NCBI RefSeq assembly: GCF_036971445.1 | Contig: NC_091480.1 | Coordinates: 65,968,001-66,032,000, forward strand | DNA: 64,000 nucleotides | Reading direction: 5' to 3' | DNA from: Narcine bancroftii | Lineage: Eukaryota | Shown here: positions 11,900 through 24,061 of the stretch, in pieces | How the letters are laid out: each line of letters begins with the position of its first letter | Position numbering within the stretch: the first letter of the stretch is position 1 | Program-made: the position numbers and the translations under genes | The notes under the pieces: model-generated | The model's input: only the letters and a program-made list of their open reading frames with translations | Told to the model about the DNA's origin: nothing | The model's database searches: none

Positions 11900-12735
11900 G
11901 CCTCGTCAGCAACAATGAGAGTCGCACTACAGAGAAGAGGTGAAAAATCTCATGAAATGGTGTGAGTGTAACAACTTGAGTCTCAATGTGGACAAGACGA
12001 AGGAGATGATCGTGGCCTTCAGGAGTACTGGGAACGCCCATCCTCCACTACACATCAACAACTCTGTGGTGGAGAGAGTGGAGAGCACCAAGTTCCTTGG
12101 AGTTCACTTAACCAGTGACCTATTGTGGATACTCAACATCTCCTCACTTGTCAGGAAGGTGCAACAGCGACTGCATTTCCTGAGAAGACTGAAGTGGGCA
12201 AGGCTACCAGCCACCATCATGTCAAACTTCTACAGGAACTCTATCAAGAGGGTCCTGGCTGGCTGCAGAAAAATGGATTAGAGGTCAAACCACAGGACCA
12301 TAAGGGTGGCAGAGAGGATCACTGGACTCTCCCTCTCCCCCATCGACGTGATCTACTGGGATTGTTGTCTGAAGAGGGCGCACAAAATCATGGAAGACCC
12401 CTTCCACCCCACACACAGTATCTTTCAGCTCCTCCCATCAGGGAAGAGATCCAGGAGGATCAGAGCCAGCACCACCAGGCTGAGGAACAGTTTCTTCCCA
12501 CGGGCAGTGAGAATGTGAACGACCAAAGGAACTGCTCACTCTAACCATCCCAGACTCGCAGTTGTACAAAACAATATTAATATACTTATATGAAATACTT
12601 GTTCTGCATATGTATTGTTTGTCTGTATGTATGTTACATCTGGTTGTGTGTCTGTGTGTTTTGTACCGAGGACCGGAAAACGCTGTTTTATCAGGTTGTA
12701 CTTGTACAATTGGATGACAATGAACTTGGCTTGAC
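11900..12735 (+). mobile_element. Rex1/Babar-like LINE 3' portion
   Basis: WCECNNLSLNVDKTKEMIV...KFLGVHL...QQRLHFLRRL; HPTHSIFQLLPSGKRSRRIRASTTRLRNSFFP; (cttga)n-type tail. Confidence 0.85.
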
Positions 12736-12779
12736 TATCTTCAGATAGCAACCACAACACGAATAAAAACAGGAATTTT

Positions 12780-12985
12780 CACGGTAACAGACCATTTGGC
12801 CCACGAGTCCATGATCCCCAATTGCACCCAATTGTCCTACAGCCCCCGGTATGTTTTGAATGGTGAGAGGAAACCGGAGCCCCTGGGGAAAACTCACGCA
12901 GACACGGGGAGTATAAATTCCTTACAGACAGCGCAGGATTTGAACCCTGGTCCCAATCACTAACCGCTACGCCAACCGTGCCACC
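12780..12985 (-). mobile_element. V-SINE (HE1-like)
   Basis: Reverse complement of the V-domain (gaggaaaccggagcccctggggaaaactcacgcagacacgggg) and the tRNA-like head. Confidence 0.7.
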
Positions 12986-13517
12986 TCATGATGTGGCACC
13001 TTCAACAGTGTCTGAACTACAAAGCGATCCACGGTGCATGTCCTTCCCATGTGTTTTTGAGACCATTTTTCTTTATTATATTTATTCAAGACATTTGAAC
13101 ATTGAACATTGGTTAATTTCCTGTTGGGCCATTTCTGATGCAGTTGAACACTTGGAACAACCTTTGAACCTTTGAGATAAGAACAACAAATTTCTGTCTC
13201 TGGAAGGCACTAGTGAACTAATGGGATTTGACAATTCCCCAGTAGTTTCATGGCCATCGCGACCAATTTATTAATCGAATTTAAATTCCCCAGGTCCTAT
13301 GGTAGGGCTTGAGGATGTAAGATTAATAATCCAGAATATTAACCAGTAAATTGACCATGATACTATTGTAAAAACTATACAAACTGTCCCATATAAACAT
13401 CATTATTTGAATAAACAAATCATTAATGGAACTAAAATCTAATGAATATAAAATATAGAAATCTACAGCACAGTACAGGTCCTTCAACCCACAGTTTTGT
13501 GCTAACCTAATAACCTT

Positions 13518-13856
13518 CACTTAATATTCTGTCTAGGTCCTCTCCAACTGGATGGCATTAACATCGACCTCTCCGGTTTCTACTAGCTCACTCTCCATTC
13601 TCCCTCCCTTCCCCATCCCTCTGTCTCCTTCCCGACAGCTCTCTACCCCCTTCCCCCCCATGTTTGCTGTTGTGCCCTCCCTCCCTTATCTACCTATTAC
13701 CTCCTGTCTTGTGGGACCGTGCTCCTCCCCCTGCCCACCCCATTCCCTTACCATTTTGTTCGGGCCCCTGCCGACATTTTTCCACACCTTGATGAAGGGC
13801 TCAAGCCTGATACGTTGGTTATGTATCTTTATAGGACTCTGTTTAACGTGCTGAGT
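13518..13856 (+). mobile_element. Penelope-like element: GIY-YIG ORF end plus pseudo-LTR
   Basis: 13518-13586 reads HLIFCLGPLQLDGINIDLSGFY*, like the PLE C-terminal LIFRLGTLQPxGxNIDF motif, followed by a CT-rich UTR and caccttgatgaagggctcaagcctgatacg. Confidence 0.7.
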
Positions 13857-13859
13857 TTA

Positions 13860-15686
13860 GAACATTACTGCACAGTACAAGCCCGTCGGCCCTTGATGCT
13901 GTGCTGTGCTGACCCATATATCCCTTCTTCAAAAAAATACTAAACCCCCCTACCCTGTAATCCTCTATTTTTCTTTTATTCATATGAATCTCTTAAATGC
14001 CCCCAATGTTTCAGAATCCACCATCCCCAGCGAGGCATTACCCCTGATGTCTCCCCTAAACTTTCCTCCCTTAACTTTGTACAGATGTTCTCTGCTGTTT
14101 GCTGATCCTGTCCTGGGAAACAGGTGCTGCCTATCCACCCTATCAATGCCTCTCATTATCTTTCAGACCTCTATCAAGCTTCCTCTCATCCTTCTATGTT
14201 CCAAAGAGAAAAGTCTGAGCTCTGCTAACCTTACCTCCTAAGACTAATTTTCCAATTCAACCACCAGCATTGTGTTTTTATTTTTAACCTACTATCTCAA
14301 CTGCCTTGAATTTCCCTACCTGCATAACCATCTATTTTTCTCAGTTCCATGTGCCCATCTAATACTGTCTTAAAAGACCCTATTGTCCCTGTCTCCACCA
14401 TTGTTGCCAGTAGCACATTCCATGCACCCACCACTCTCTGTGTGAAGAATATAAAGGTAAAGGGAAAGGTCCCATTATTGTAATGCAACACTGAATTTAG
14501 AATGTAGCATACATGAAATTCTTTACCTTTGTCCACCGTAAGGAAGGCAGAGAGTCACCACTTTATCCAGCGCCCCTCACAGAAATGAGGCCCCAGTGAG
14601 GAACAAGCTTTCGACCCTTGCTCTAACCGCTGATCTATCAGAGCCCCACTGCACTTACTCCCAAGCACCTTGAAACTCTGCCCCCTAGTGTTCATTATGT
14701 CAGCCCTGGGACAAAGTCTCTGGCTGTCCATTGGATCAATGCCTCTCATCATCTTATCCATCTCTATCAGGTCACCCCTCATCCCCTGTCACTCCAAGGA
14801 GAAAAGACCAGGTTCATTCAACCCATCCTCATAAGGCCTGCTCTCCAATCCAGGCAGCATCCTTGTAAATATCTGCACCCTCTCTACAGCAGCCACATTC
14901 TTCCTGTAGTCAGGTGACCAGAAGTGAACGTAATATTCCAAGTGAGGTCTTATATAGCTGCAACATTATCTCATGGCTCCTGAATTTGACCCCACAGTTA
15001 ATGAAAGCCAACACACCATTCGCCTTCTTCACAACACTAACAACCTGTGCAGAAGCTTTGAGCGTCCCGTGGATCTCTGAGTTTGTCCGCACTGTCCAGA
15101 GTCCTCCTGTTAACACTGTATTCTGCCTTCAAATTCTCAAATGAACCACCTCACACTTTTCTGGGTTAAACTCTATCTGCCACTTCGAGCCCAGCTCTGC
15201 ATCCTATCAATGTCCCTCTGTAACCTCTGGCCACCCTCCAGACCACATCACCACCCACTTACTAAACCACCCTTTCACTTCCTCATCCAGGTAATTTATA
15301 AATCACATAAGAGGTGGGAGGGGGGGTGGTCCCAAAACTGATCCATGTGGAACACCATCGGTCACCGACCTCCATGCAGAATACAAACCATCTACAATCA
15401 CTCTCTACCTTCTGTGAGCAAGCTAATTCTGCCTCCACAAACCAAGACCCCCTTGGATTCCAAGCCTCCTTACTCTCTGAATGACCAGTGCATTGGGAAC
15501 TTTGTCAAATGTCTTACTGAAATCCATATCCACTACATCTACCACTCTGCCTCCATCAATGTTCTTTGTTACATCCTCAAAGAATTCAATCAAGCCTCCC
15601 CTGATAAAGCAGACTCTCCATAATCAGATAATGCCTCCCTAAATGTTTGTAAATCCTGTCTCTCAAGATCTTCTCCAACAGCTTGT
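13860..15686 (-). mobile_element. CR1-like LINE fragments; the main copy resumes at 21471-21660, 22460-22735 and 23145-23290
   Basis: FTQRVVGAWNVL, MRGDLIEMDKMMRG, VVKKANGVLAFIN; at 22498-22716 IKENPKAFHKYVKNKR...LKEYFASVFT. Confidence 0.8.
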
Positions 15687-16237
15687 TGTGACAGAGTATA
15701 TAGATATGTTTTTGGGAGATAAATTGGAAAAGGCTGTTAGAGTAGGTAACATACAAACATTTTAAAAAAGATCTTATTTAAAATACTGGAGTTCTGCCCC
15801 ATGGTAGACGTATCGGCTCCAGAGTTTTTGCAAGAGCTTTGAAGAGTGTTCAAGAGACTTCACTAATGAATTGTTGTTTACAAAAGGCAACAGATGAAAG
15901 AGCATGTCAGAGCCGCTATGTCTGAAAGAGAACTTTCTGTTCTGAGAGGGTCCTGTGGTTTTTCAAGTAGAGAGAGTCAAAGAGGCTTTCTCTCAGAGAG
16001 TCAGAGGGAGAGATAGACATACACAGAGATCACTTGTACAGTGTTACAACCAGCAGACAGCAGCTGGGACTGGTACAGGACAAGCTGGAAAGCTTATGGA
16101 AAGCCCCCTATTTTGGAAGATGGCCTGGTCAAAGCCCTTGTGGTTCATGCAAGAGGAGAGGACTGGCTGTCTAATGTTTCACTTGGAATAAGCGAAACAA
16201 AAAGGAACTCTGTGGTGACCTGAAAGAAAGAGGTTAT

Positions 16238-16413
16238 TGTCATGATAATGAATATGTATGAGATGTACCGGAAGTCACGTGGTATGAGAGAGAGATAAGA
16301 ACACAAGCAAGAGAATAAAGGAAACTGGAGAATAAAGACAACGGAGAAGTTTACCTGATAAAACTTGTGTTTAATGTTTTATTAACTTCACATTTCGGGC
16401 CACAAATGTGACA
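16238..16413 (+). repeat. 5' LTR of the Gypsy element
   Basis: tgtcatgat...aaatgtgaca, direct repeat of 20818-20993. Confidence 0.95.
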
Positions 16414-16414
16414 T

Positions 16415-16429
16415 TGGCGACGAGGATGG
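16415..16429 (+). promoter_or_regulatory. Primer binding site, tRNA-Ser(GCU)
   Basis: TGGCGACGAGGATGG is complementary to ...CCATCCTCGTCG-CCA, the vertebrate tRNA-Ser(GCU) 3' end. Confidence 0.85.
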
Positions 16430-16542
16430 AAGAAGCTTGAAGAAAATTAAAGACTAAACAAGATTACAGAGGTTTACAGACAACTTCAAGGTGATAAGAA
16501 TTTTCTCTTTGTCTCAGTACTTTGGGGCTGAATTATTTCCTC

Positions 16543-19500
16543 ATGGCTGGTGCAAACAGTGAATTTCTAACACATAGTGGAATTGCTCATTTTGACCCAA
16601 CGGGTGATGCAAGCACTGTAAGTGTGAAGTGGAAGGCATGGCTGGAAGAATTTGAATCCTACGCCGACAGTCGTGGCCTATTTCTAGATACCGGTACAGT
16701 TGAACAAAGAGCGCAGAGAAGGGCGTTACTTCTTTTCACTGCTGGACCTGCAGTTCGGGAAACATTTAAGACACTTTTGAAAACTGGAAGAAAGGATGAG
16801 TACCGGAAAGCGGTAGATGCATTAAATGCACACTATGTAGTGACACCGAATGCTACATTTCAACGCCATTTGTTTCAGAGAACGAGACAAGAAGATGGCC
16901 AGACAATTGCTCAGTACGTGACGAGACTACGCCAGCTAGCTGTTGGATGCAATTACATGCCAGCTGATTTGGACAACCAATTATTGGATCAAGTCGTACA
17001 GCACTGTAGATCAGATAAACTCAGAAGACGTCTACTGGAAAGAGGGAGTGAGTTGGAACTCACCGATGCTTTAACCATTGCTGCTGCATTAGAGGCTGTT
17101 GAAGGGCAATTTCATACCATGTCTCTGAAAGACAACTCAAGCCAACAAATTAAGAGGCTCTCACATCGCCATAATCAGCCAAGATATACGTCGACACAGG
17201 ACGTGGAGTGTTATCGATGTGGAAACCGAGGTCACTTTGGAAAAGACCCATATTGCCCGGCCAAAGGCAAAGTTTGCGGAAAGTGTGGAGGTAAGGACCA
17301 CTTTGCAAAGAAGTGCAAAAGCAAGTCCAATGCAGACCAGAAGAGGAAGAGTACAACTTCCAAAGGCAAAGTCTGGGGGAAAGGAAAGTATCCTGGAAAG
17401 AAAGATACCATTCGCCAGATAGACGGTGACGATGATGATACCCAGGAGGAACAGAGTTGTTACCAATTTACGTTGAATGAAGTACATCATGAGAAGGTCC
17501 CAGTGATCATTGGTGGAGTGACAGTGCAGGTCATTGTAGACTCAGGCAGTGACAGTAATGTGATTGATCGACATTTATGGGAGAAGTTGAAAAGGAAAAA
17601 GATCATCTGTACCTCAAAGAAGTGTTCCAAGAAACTGTATCCATACACAGCAACCAAGCCATTGCAGACCATTGGATGTTTTACTGCAACTGTTGAAGCT
17701 GGAGATAAGTACACCGAAGCAGAGTTTATGGTCATAGAAGAGAGGGGAGAACCATTGCTGAGTAGAAGCACAGCGCAAGACCTGGCAATACTTCATATTG
17801 GAGCTTGTGTCAATTCAATTCAGTCATACGAGGATATGAAGCAAGAATTCCCCGCAGTCTTCCAAGGAGTAGGAAAGCTGAAAGGTCGACAATTGAAGCT
17901 AGCGGTAGATGAAACGGTCAAACCCAAGGCACAACCAATGCGCCGAACTCCGTTTGGACTTCGTGGGAAAGTCGAAGCCAAAATTAAAGAATTGATCGAA
18001 CAAGACATTATTGAACCTGTGGAACATTCGACACAATGGGTCAGCCCAGTAGTGATTGTGCCCAAACCAAAGGGTGACATAAGACTATGTGTTGACATGA
18101 GAATGACCAATGAAGCTATAGTTCGAGAACGACACCCTATACCAACAGTGGAGGAAATACTTCAAGAACTAACTACCAGCAAGGTATTCTCAAAAATTGA
18201 TCTGAAATGGGGCTATCATCAATTAGAGCTGGATCCAGGTTCCCGAGATGTAACAACATTTGTGACTCACTGTGGATTGTATCGTTACAAGAGACTATCA
18301 TTTGGAATTAATGCAGCTTCGGAGATCTACCAGTATGAAATCCATCGAGTGATTCAAGGCATTCCTGGAGTTGCCAACATTTCTGACGACATCATAGTCC
18401 ATGCACCAACGAAGGAAGAGCATGACAAACGGTTGAGGCGTGTACTATCTAGACTACAGGAAGCAGGCCTTACCGTGAATGGAAACAAGTGCCAGTTCGG
18501 TGTGTCAGAAATGGACTTCATGGGACACAGACTTACACGGAAAGGACTAAACCCTGCAGAGGCCAAGGTGAAAGCTATTGAAGATGCACGTGCACCTCAG
18601 AACGCAACAGAGGTGAGGAGTTTCCTAGGATTGGTCAATTTTTGTGCAAAGTTCATTCCTAATTCCGCTACAGTGGCAGAACCACTAAGGAAACTAACCA
18701 GGAAAGGTGTACCATTTCATTTTGGATCTGAGCAGAAGAAAGCGCTCACAACGCTGAAGCAAAGCCTGACAGATGCAAAAACTCTTGGATATTACAATCC
18801 GGCGGCATCAACCAAAGTCATAGCGGATGCCAGCCAGTTGGTTTAGGAGCCGTGTTGGTCCAGATGCATGATGGAGGACCAAGAATCATTGCCTATGCCA
18901 GCAGATCATTATCAGATGTGGAAAGAAGATACTCTCAGACAGAGAAAGAAGCACTCGGACTTGTATGGGCCTGTGAGAGGTTCCATGCATATTTATACGG
19001 CATTGAATTTGAACTCATCACAGATCATAAGCCATTAGAGGTGATCTATGCACCTAGATCCAAACCATGTGCCAGAATAGAGAGATGGGTACTCAGACTA
19101 CAACCCTACAAATATAAAGTAATCCACATTGCAGGGAAAGCAAACATTGCAGATCCGCTGTCCAGATTGGTGAAGGATGGAGGTCCACAATCCAAGTCAG
19201 AATTGGGAACAGAAACAGAGAGCTTTGTACGCTTCGTAGCTATTCAGTCGACACCGAATGCTGTGACTACGAAGGAGGTCGAGAGAGAATCCGAACATGA
19301 TCCAGAACTCATGGAAGTAAGAGAATACATACAGAGTGGACAATGGGACAAGTATACTCACAAGGCTTACATTCCCATTAGAGACGAACTTTGTTGCATC
19401 GGACAGTGTGTATTAAGAGGTTGCAGATTGGTGATACCACAAAGATTGAGACCGAAGATCGTATCCTTAGCGCATGAAGGACACCTAGGTATTGTTGGTA

Positions 19501-20639
19501 CCAAGCAAAACCTCAGGACCAAGGTATGATGGCCAAGTTGTAATAAGGACACAGAGAAATTTGTTAAAACTTGTCACGGATGTCAAATCACAAGTAGGAG
19601 TAATCCGCCAGAACCGATCCAGAGTACGCAACTTCCGACAGGACCATGGATCGACGTAGCTGTTGATTTTCTTGGACCTTTATCGACGGGTGAATCAATT
19701 ATGGTAGTGATAGATTACTACAGCAGATACTATGAGTACATGGTGTTGAAGTCCACAACCACTGAAAAAACAATACAAGCATTAGCAGAGATATTCGCAA
19801 GATATGGATTACCTGTTACATTATACTCTGACAATGGTCCACAATTCATTTCAGAGACATTTACGGAATACATGAGGACCACAGGTATCCACCATCATAA
19901 AGTAACTCCGAAATGGCCGCAAGCCAATGGAGAAGTAGAGAGACAAAATCAGTCCATTGAAAAACGATTGAGGATTGCACACGCTGAAGGACAAAATTGG
20001 CGAGAAGCATTGCTATCTTATGTGGCTGTCTATCGAGCAACGCCTCATGCAACGACTGGAAAAAGTCCTGCAGAAGCATTTTTTGGGAGAAAAATCCGCA
20101 CAAAAATGCCAGAAATAAAGGAAATCCGAGACGACCAGGAGATGAGGGACCACGATGCTGAAATGAAAGGTGCAGCAAAGCTGTACACAGATTCGAAACG
20201 TGGAGCCAAGTACTCAGACATCATGCCAGGAGATAATGTTCTAGTGAGGTATGAAACTGGTGGTAAGCTAGACACACCTTATTACCATCAACCCTATACT
20301 GTCGTATCCAGAAGTGGCAGTATGGTGACAGTCAAGTCTCCGACTGGAGTCCTGTATAAGAGAAATGTATCAGGTGTGAAAAGGTACCAGTCCAGAGATA
20401 CATCGAGCGAAGAGGTTGAAAGGCCAATACGAGATGCTGAAACTGAGAGACCTGATGATGTTCCAGAGGCAGTTACCAGCACTCCTGATGAAGTGACTAG
20501 AGCGCCAGAAACACCCGAAGCCGTGGCGAGCAGTATGTCCGACGCTGAGAGTGAACAACCGAGAAGCGGCGACAATATCGCAGGCAGGCCGAAACGAAAC
20601 CGGAAAGTGCCCAAACGATACGAAGACTTTGTGCCATAG
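16543..20639 (+). pseudogene. Gypsy gag-pol polyprotein, disrupted by one frameshift (~18836) and one nonsense codon (TGA 19527-19529)
   Basis: Two zinc knuckles (CYRCGNRGH..C, CGKCGGKDHFAKKC), protease VIVDSGS, RT WVSP..LCVD..NISDDII, RNase H DAS/YSQTEKEAL/TDHKPL, integrase HEGH..CHGC, SDNGPQF, NGEVER. DAS-PVGLG lacks 1 nt, and KV-W-WP has become KV*WP. Confidence 0.92.
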
Positions 20640-20807
20640 TTTTAATAAGAACTTTGGGACAGTATTTTAATCTTATATCATACAGTGCATGTATGAGTGC
20701 TGTAGGAAGTAAACTTTATGTAGTTGAGTTATAGTATTACCATTAGTTATGATGTTTGTATGTTTCCGAGGGATATTGGTAAGTGAAGGTAAAGTTTATT
20801 TCTGATT

Positions 20808-20817
20808 AAAGGAGGGA
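20808..20817 (+). other. Polypurine tract
   Basis: aaaggaggga immediately before the 3' LTR. Confidence 0.85.
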
Positions 20818-20993
20818 TGTCATGATAATAAATATGTATGAGATATACCGGAAGTCACGTGGTATGAGAGAGAGATAAGAACACAAGCAAGAGAATAAAG
20901 GAAACTGGAGAATAAAGACAACGGAGAAGTTTACCTGATAAAACTTGTGTTTAATGTTTTATTAACTTCACATTTCGGGCCACAAATGTGACA
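20818..20993 (+). repeat. 3' LTR of the Gypsy element
   Basis: Direct repeat of 16238-16413. Confidence 0.95.
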
Positions 20994-21662
20994 GTTATCA
21001 TCTGGAGAACCCTGAAGGGACAAGTTTCATCAGCAAGACACTGGAGTGGCTGATGGAAGTACATCAGTTGTGGATTTCCTGGAACAACAAATCTCTCTCT
21101 CTGAAAACCTCTCTGAGAACCTTCCTGAACAGTAACCATTTACCTTTCAAGCACCAAAGCCTGGTGAACTTTACAAATGTAAAATTATGTGCATAGTACA
21201 AGAATTGCCTGCAACCAGTGAACTTGGAGGAATGAGAAGTGAGATTGGACTGTGAACCAAAGAGCTTTTCTGAACTTACACACACATTACATACACGTGC
21301 GCTTAGAATTAGAAGGGGGTTGTTAGGCTAAGTAAGTCAATAGAGATGAGTTAAAGTTTGATTCTATTTTCATGTTTAAAGATAATTCAAAGTAACTTTT
21401 GTTTAAGTAACCATTTGTCTTGGTGAATATATGTTGCTGCTGGGTTTTGGGGTCCTCTGGCCTCGTAACATTGTCCACCACTGGAGTAAGGCTCACTGGT
21501 CTATAATTTCATGGGTTATCTCTAATACCATTCGTGAACAAGGGAAGAACATTTGCAACCCTCCAATCCTCTGGTGCTTCTCCTGTGCCCAGTGACAGTG
21601 CATCATCAATCTCCTCCCTAGCTTCCCACAGTAACCTTGGGTAAACCTTGTCTGTTCCTGGC

Positions 21663-22459
21663 TGTAAAGGTTAAAACCTTATGTTTTTGATTTTTGTTAA
21701 TGTTATGACTATCCCTTTAAGAAAGATTGTTGTATGTAGGGTTACCATAGTTACTATGAAGGTACAAGGACTGCCTAAAGAAATCTCTTGGTGCCTGCCA
21801 CATTGACCACCGCCAGTGGGCTGATAACGCCTCAAACCGTGCATCTTGGCGCCTCACAGTTTGGCGGGCAGCAACCTCCTTTGAAGAAGACCGCAGAGCC
21901 CACCTCACTGACAAAAGGCAAAGGAGGAAAAACCCAACACCCAACCCCAACCAACCAATTTTCCCTTGCAACCGCTGCAATCGTGTCTGCCTGTCCCGCA
22001 TCGGACTTGTGAGCCACAAACGAGCCTGCAGCTGACGTGGACTTTTTACCCCCTCCATAAATCTTCGTCCGCGAAGCCAAGCCAAAGAAGAAGATAGTTA
22101 CTATGACATCATATGTTGTAATATCCGGGCGAACGGGGAGCTTGCGTTCATCTTTGAAGAACCATGGAGGAGGCGTAATCATCTTATCATCTTATTAGTT
22201 TCTCTATTTATAACGTTATGTATTTAAATATAATTGAATGCTTTGTTAATTAATCGTTATGAAAATCTTGATGCAAAGTTATGCAAATATTATACTTTTA
22301 TATCAACTAATTAAAGGCTACATAAAGCTGCAATGAAGAAGTTTGGTTGATTAGAGTGTAATTCAGAATATCAAAGCTTACGTTTCTTAGAAGATGACAT
22401 GTTTTGAAATTGGGAAATAGGAAAGTTATGGAAAGTGTCATCTAACTTCATACTTTACA
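21663..22459. mobile_element. Probable second solo LTR (different family), interrupted by an RTE fragment
   Basis: AT-rich segment bounded by TGTAAAG...CTTTACA, splitting CR1 sequence; no TSD seen. Confidence 0.5.
21760..22093 (+). mobile_element. RTE LINE 3' fragment, recent insertion
   Basis: Almost identical to ~9221-9550; perfect 13-bp TSD atagttactatga at 21747-21759 and 22094-22106. Confidence 0.92.
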
Positions 22460-22747
22460 AAAACTCCAACACATCCTCTTTCTTAATGTCAATATCCTCA
22501 AGTCCACTTTAAGCCATCCTCACAATTGTCAAGAACCTTTGCTCTGGTGAATACTGAAGCAAAGTATTCCTTAAGGACCTCCACTACCTCCTCAGACTCC
22601 ATGCACACATATCCATGAAGAACCCAGATAGATCCTATCCCTACACAATGACTCATCCTCTTGTTCTTCACATATTTGTGGAATGCCTTGGGGTTTTCTT
22701 TAATCCTGGTCACCATGATTCTTTCACATGACCATCCTTTCCCTCCC

Positions 22748-23140
22748 TCAAGTCAAGTCAAGTTTATTGCCATCTGATTGTACAAGTACAACCCTATGAA
22801 ACAGCGTTCTCCAGTCCTCGGTGCAAAACACGCAGACACACACCAAACATAACACATACAGACACACAATACACATGCAGGACGTTTTCATATATACAAA
22901 GAAATAAATATTGTTTAATAAATATGAGAGTCTCAGAGGGTAAGTTTGAGCAGCTCCTTTGGTCACTCACGTTCTCACTGCCTGTGGGAAGAAGCTGTTC
23001 CTCAGCCTGGTGGTGCTGGCTCCGATCCTCCTGACGGGAGCAGCTGGAAGATGCTGTGAGGGGTGGAAGGAGTCCTCAGTGATTTTGCGAGCCCTCTTCA
23101 GACAACGATCCCGGTAGATCACGTTGATGGGTGGGGCGGG
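22748..23140 (-). mobile_element. Rex1/Babar-like 3' fragment
   Basis: (caagt)n tail on +; minus-strand IYRDRCLKRARKITED...STTRLRNSFFPQAVR; homologous to 12340-12735. Confidence 0.8.
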
Positions 23141-23983
23141 GGTCACACTTCTGCCATACATTTACCCCCGTATACCTGATCCTGATTTATGATCCCAAGC
23201 TTCTGCCTAATAGCACCATATTTTCCGCTTCCCCAATTAAATTTTTTCCTAAATTGTCCATTCCTGTCCTTTTCTGGCATTATGAGCACTTTTTTTTCAA
23301 AATCTAGATATATTAAAGCAGCACTGCCTCTTTGATCCAATGGGAAATGGTACATATTATTCAAAGTTTTTTTCCAGATTTCATTTGATGTGTTAACAAT
23401 GAATGTACATGTGCAAATTGGCTTTGTGACACTTTTGGGTTTTATAAATTAGGTGGGGATGTTTAGTGCAATCTTTTATTCTCCCCACATCCCATCAACT
23501 CCTCCGAGATTCTACCACTCACCGATCCACTTGACATAATTTGCAGCAACCTATTAACCACCAACTCACACGGCTTTAGGGCAATACGCAAAGATCTGGA
23601 GAAACTCGACAGGTTAACCAGCATCCATAGGAAGTAAAAAACCTTCAGTATGAGCAAAGAGCAGACAGGCTTCTGAATAAAAAGTTGAGGTAGGGGGTGG
23701 GGTGAGAGGAGAGGAGAGGAGGGAGGAAGGGGGCAGGGGGAAAAGTACAGACTAACAGGTAAAAGGTCATTGCACTACAATCACACTTCTGTAAAATTTC
23801 CTGTTGAAATCAACATGTCTTTAGGATTTGGTTGGAACCCCACCAGATCACAGAATGAATGTGCAAACTCCACACAGACAGCACAAGAATTGAACAAGTG
23901 TCTCCAGCACTGTGAGGCAGTGGATCTACTGTACTGTCCTAATGGTGAGGAATTAATACTGTATGAAAATATATGCATGTATT

Positions 23984-23984
<1 letters not shown>

Positions 23985-24059
<75 letters not shown>
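23985..24059. repeat. (GT)n microsatellite
   Basis: ~37 perfect GT units. Confidence 0.98.

Positions 24060-24061
<2 letters not shown>

Larger units (their letters stand above)
16238..20993 (+). mobile_element. Full-length Ty3/Gypsy LTR retrotransposon (Mag-like)
   Basis: LTRs 16238-16413 and 20818-20993 (TG...CA, 2 mismatches in 176 bp); TSD GTTAT at 16233-16237 and 20994-20998; PBS; PPT; gag-PR-RT-RH-IN domain order. Confidence 0.97.
15687..21470 (+). mobile_element. Solo LTR (~1020 bp) interrupted by the Gypsy insertion
   Basis: Ends TGTGAC...GTAACA; 4-bp TSD ttgt at 15683-15686 and 21471-21474; CR1 sequence is continuous across it; same family (reverse orientation) as 30030-30933. Strand is relative only. 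Confidence 0.8.

Noticed and set aside
18830-18860. Possible programmed frameshift or readthrough in Gypsy pol
   Set aside because: Falls within the conserved RNase H DASPVGLG motif with no slippery heptamer; simple mutation is more parsimonious.
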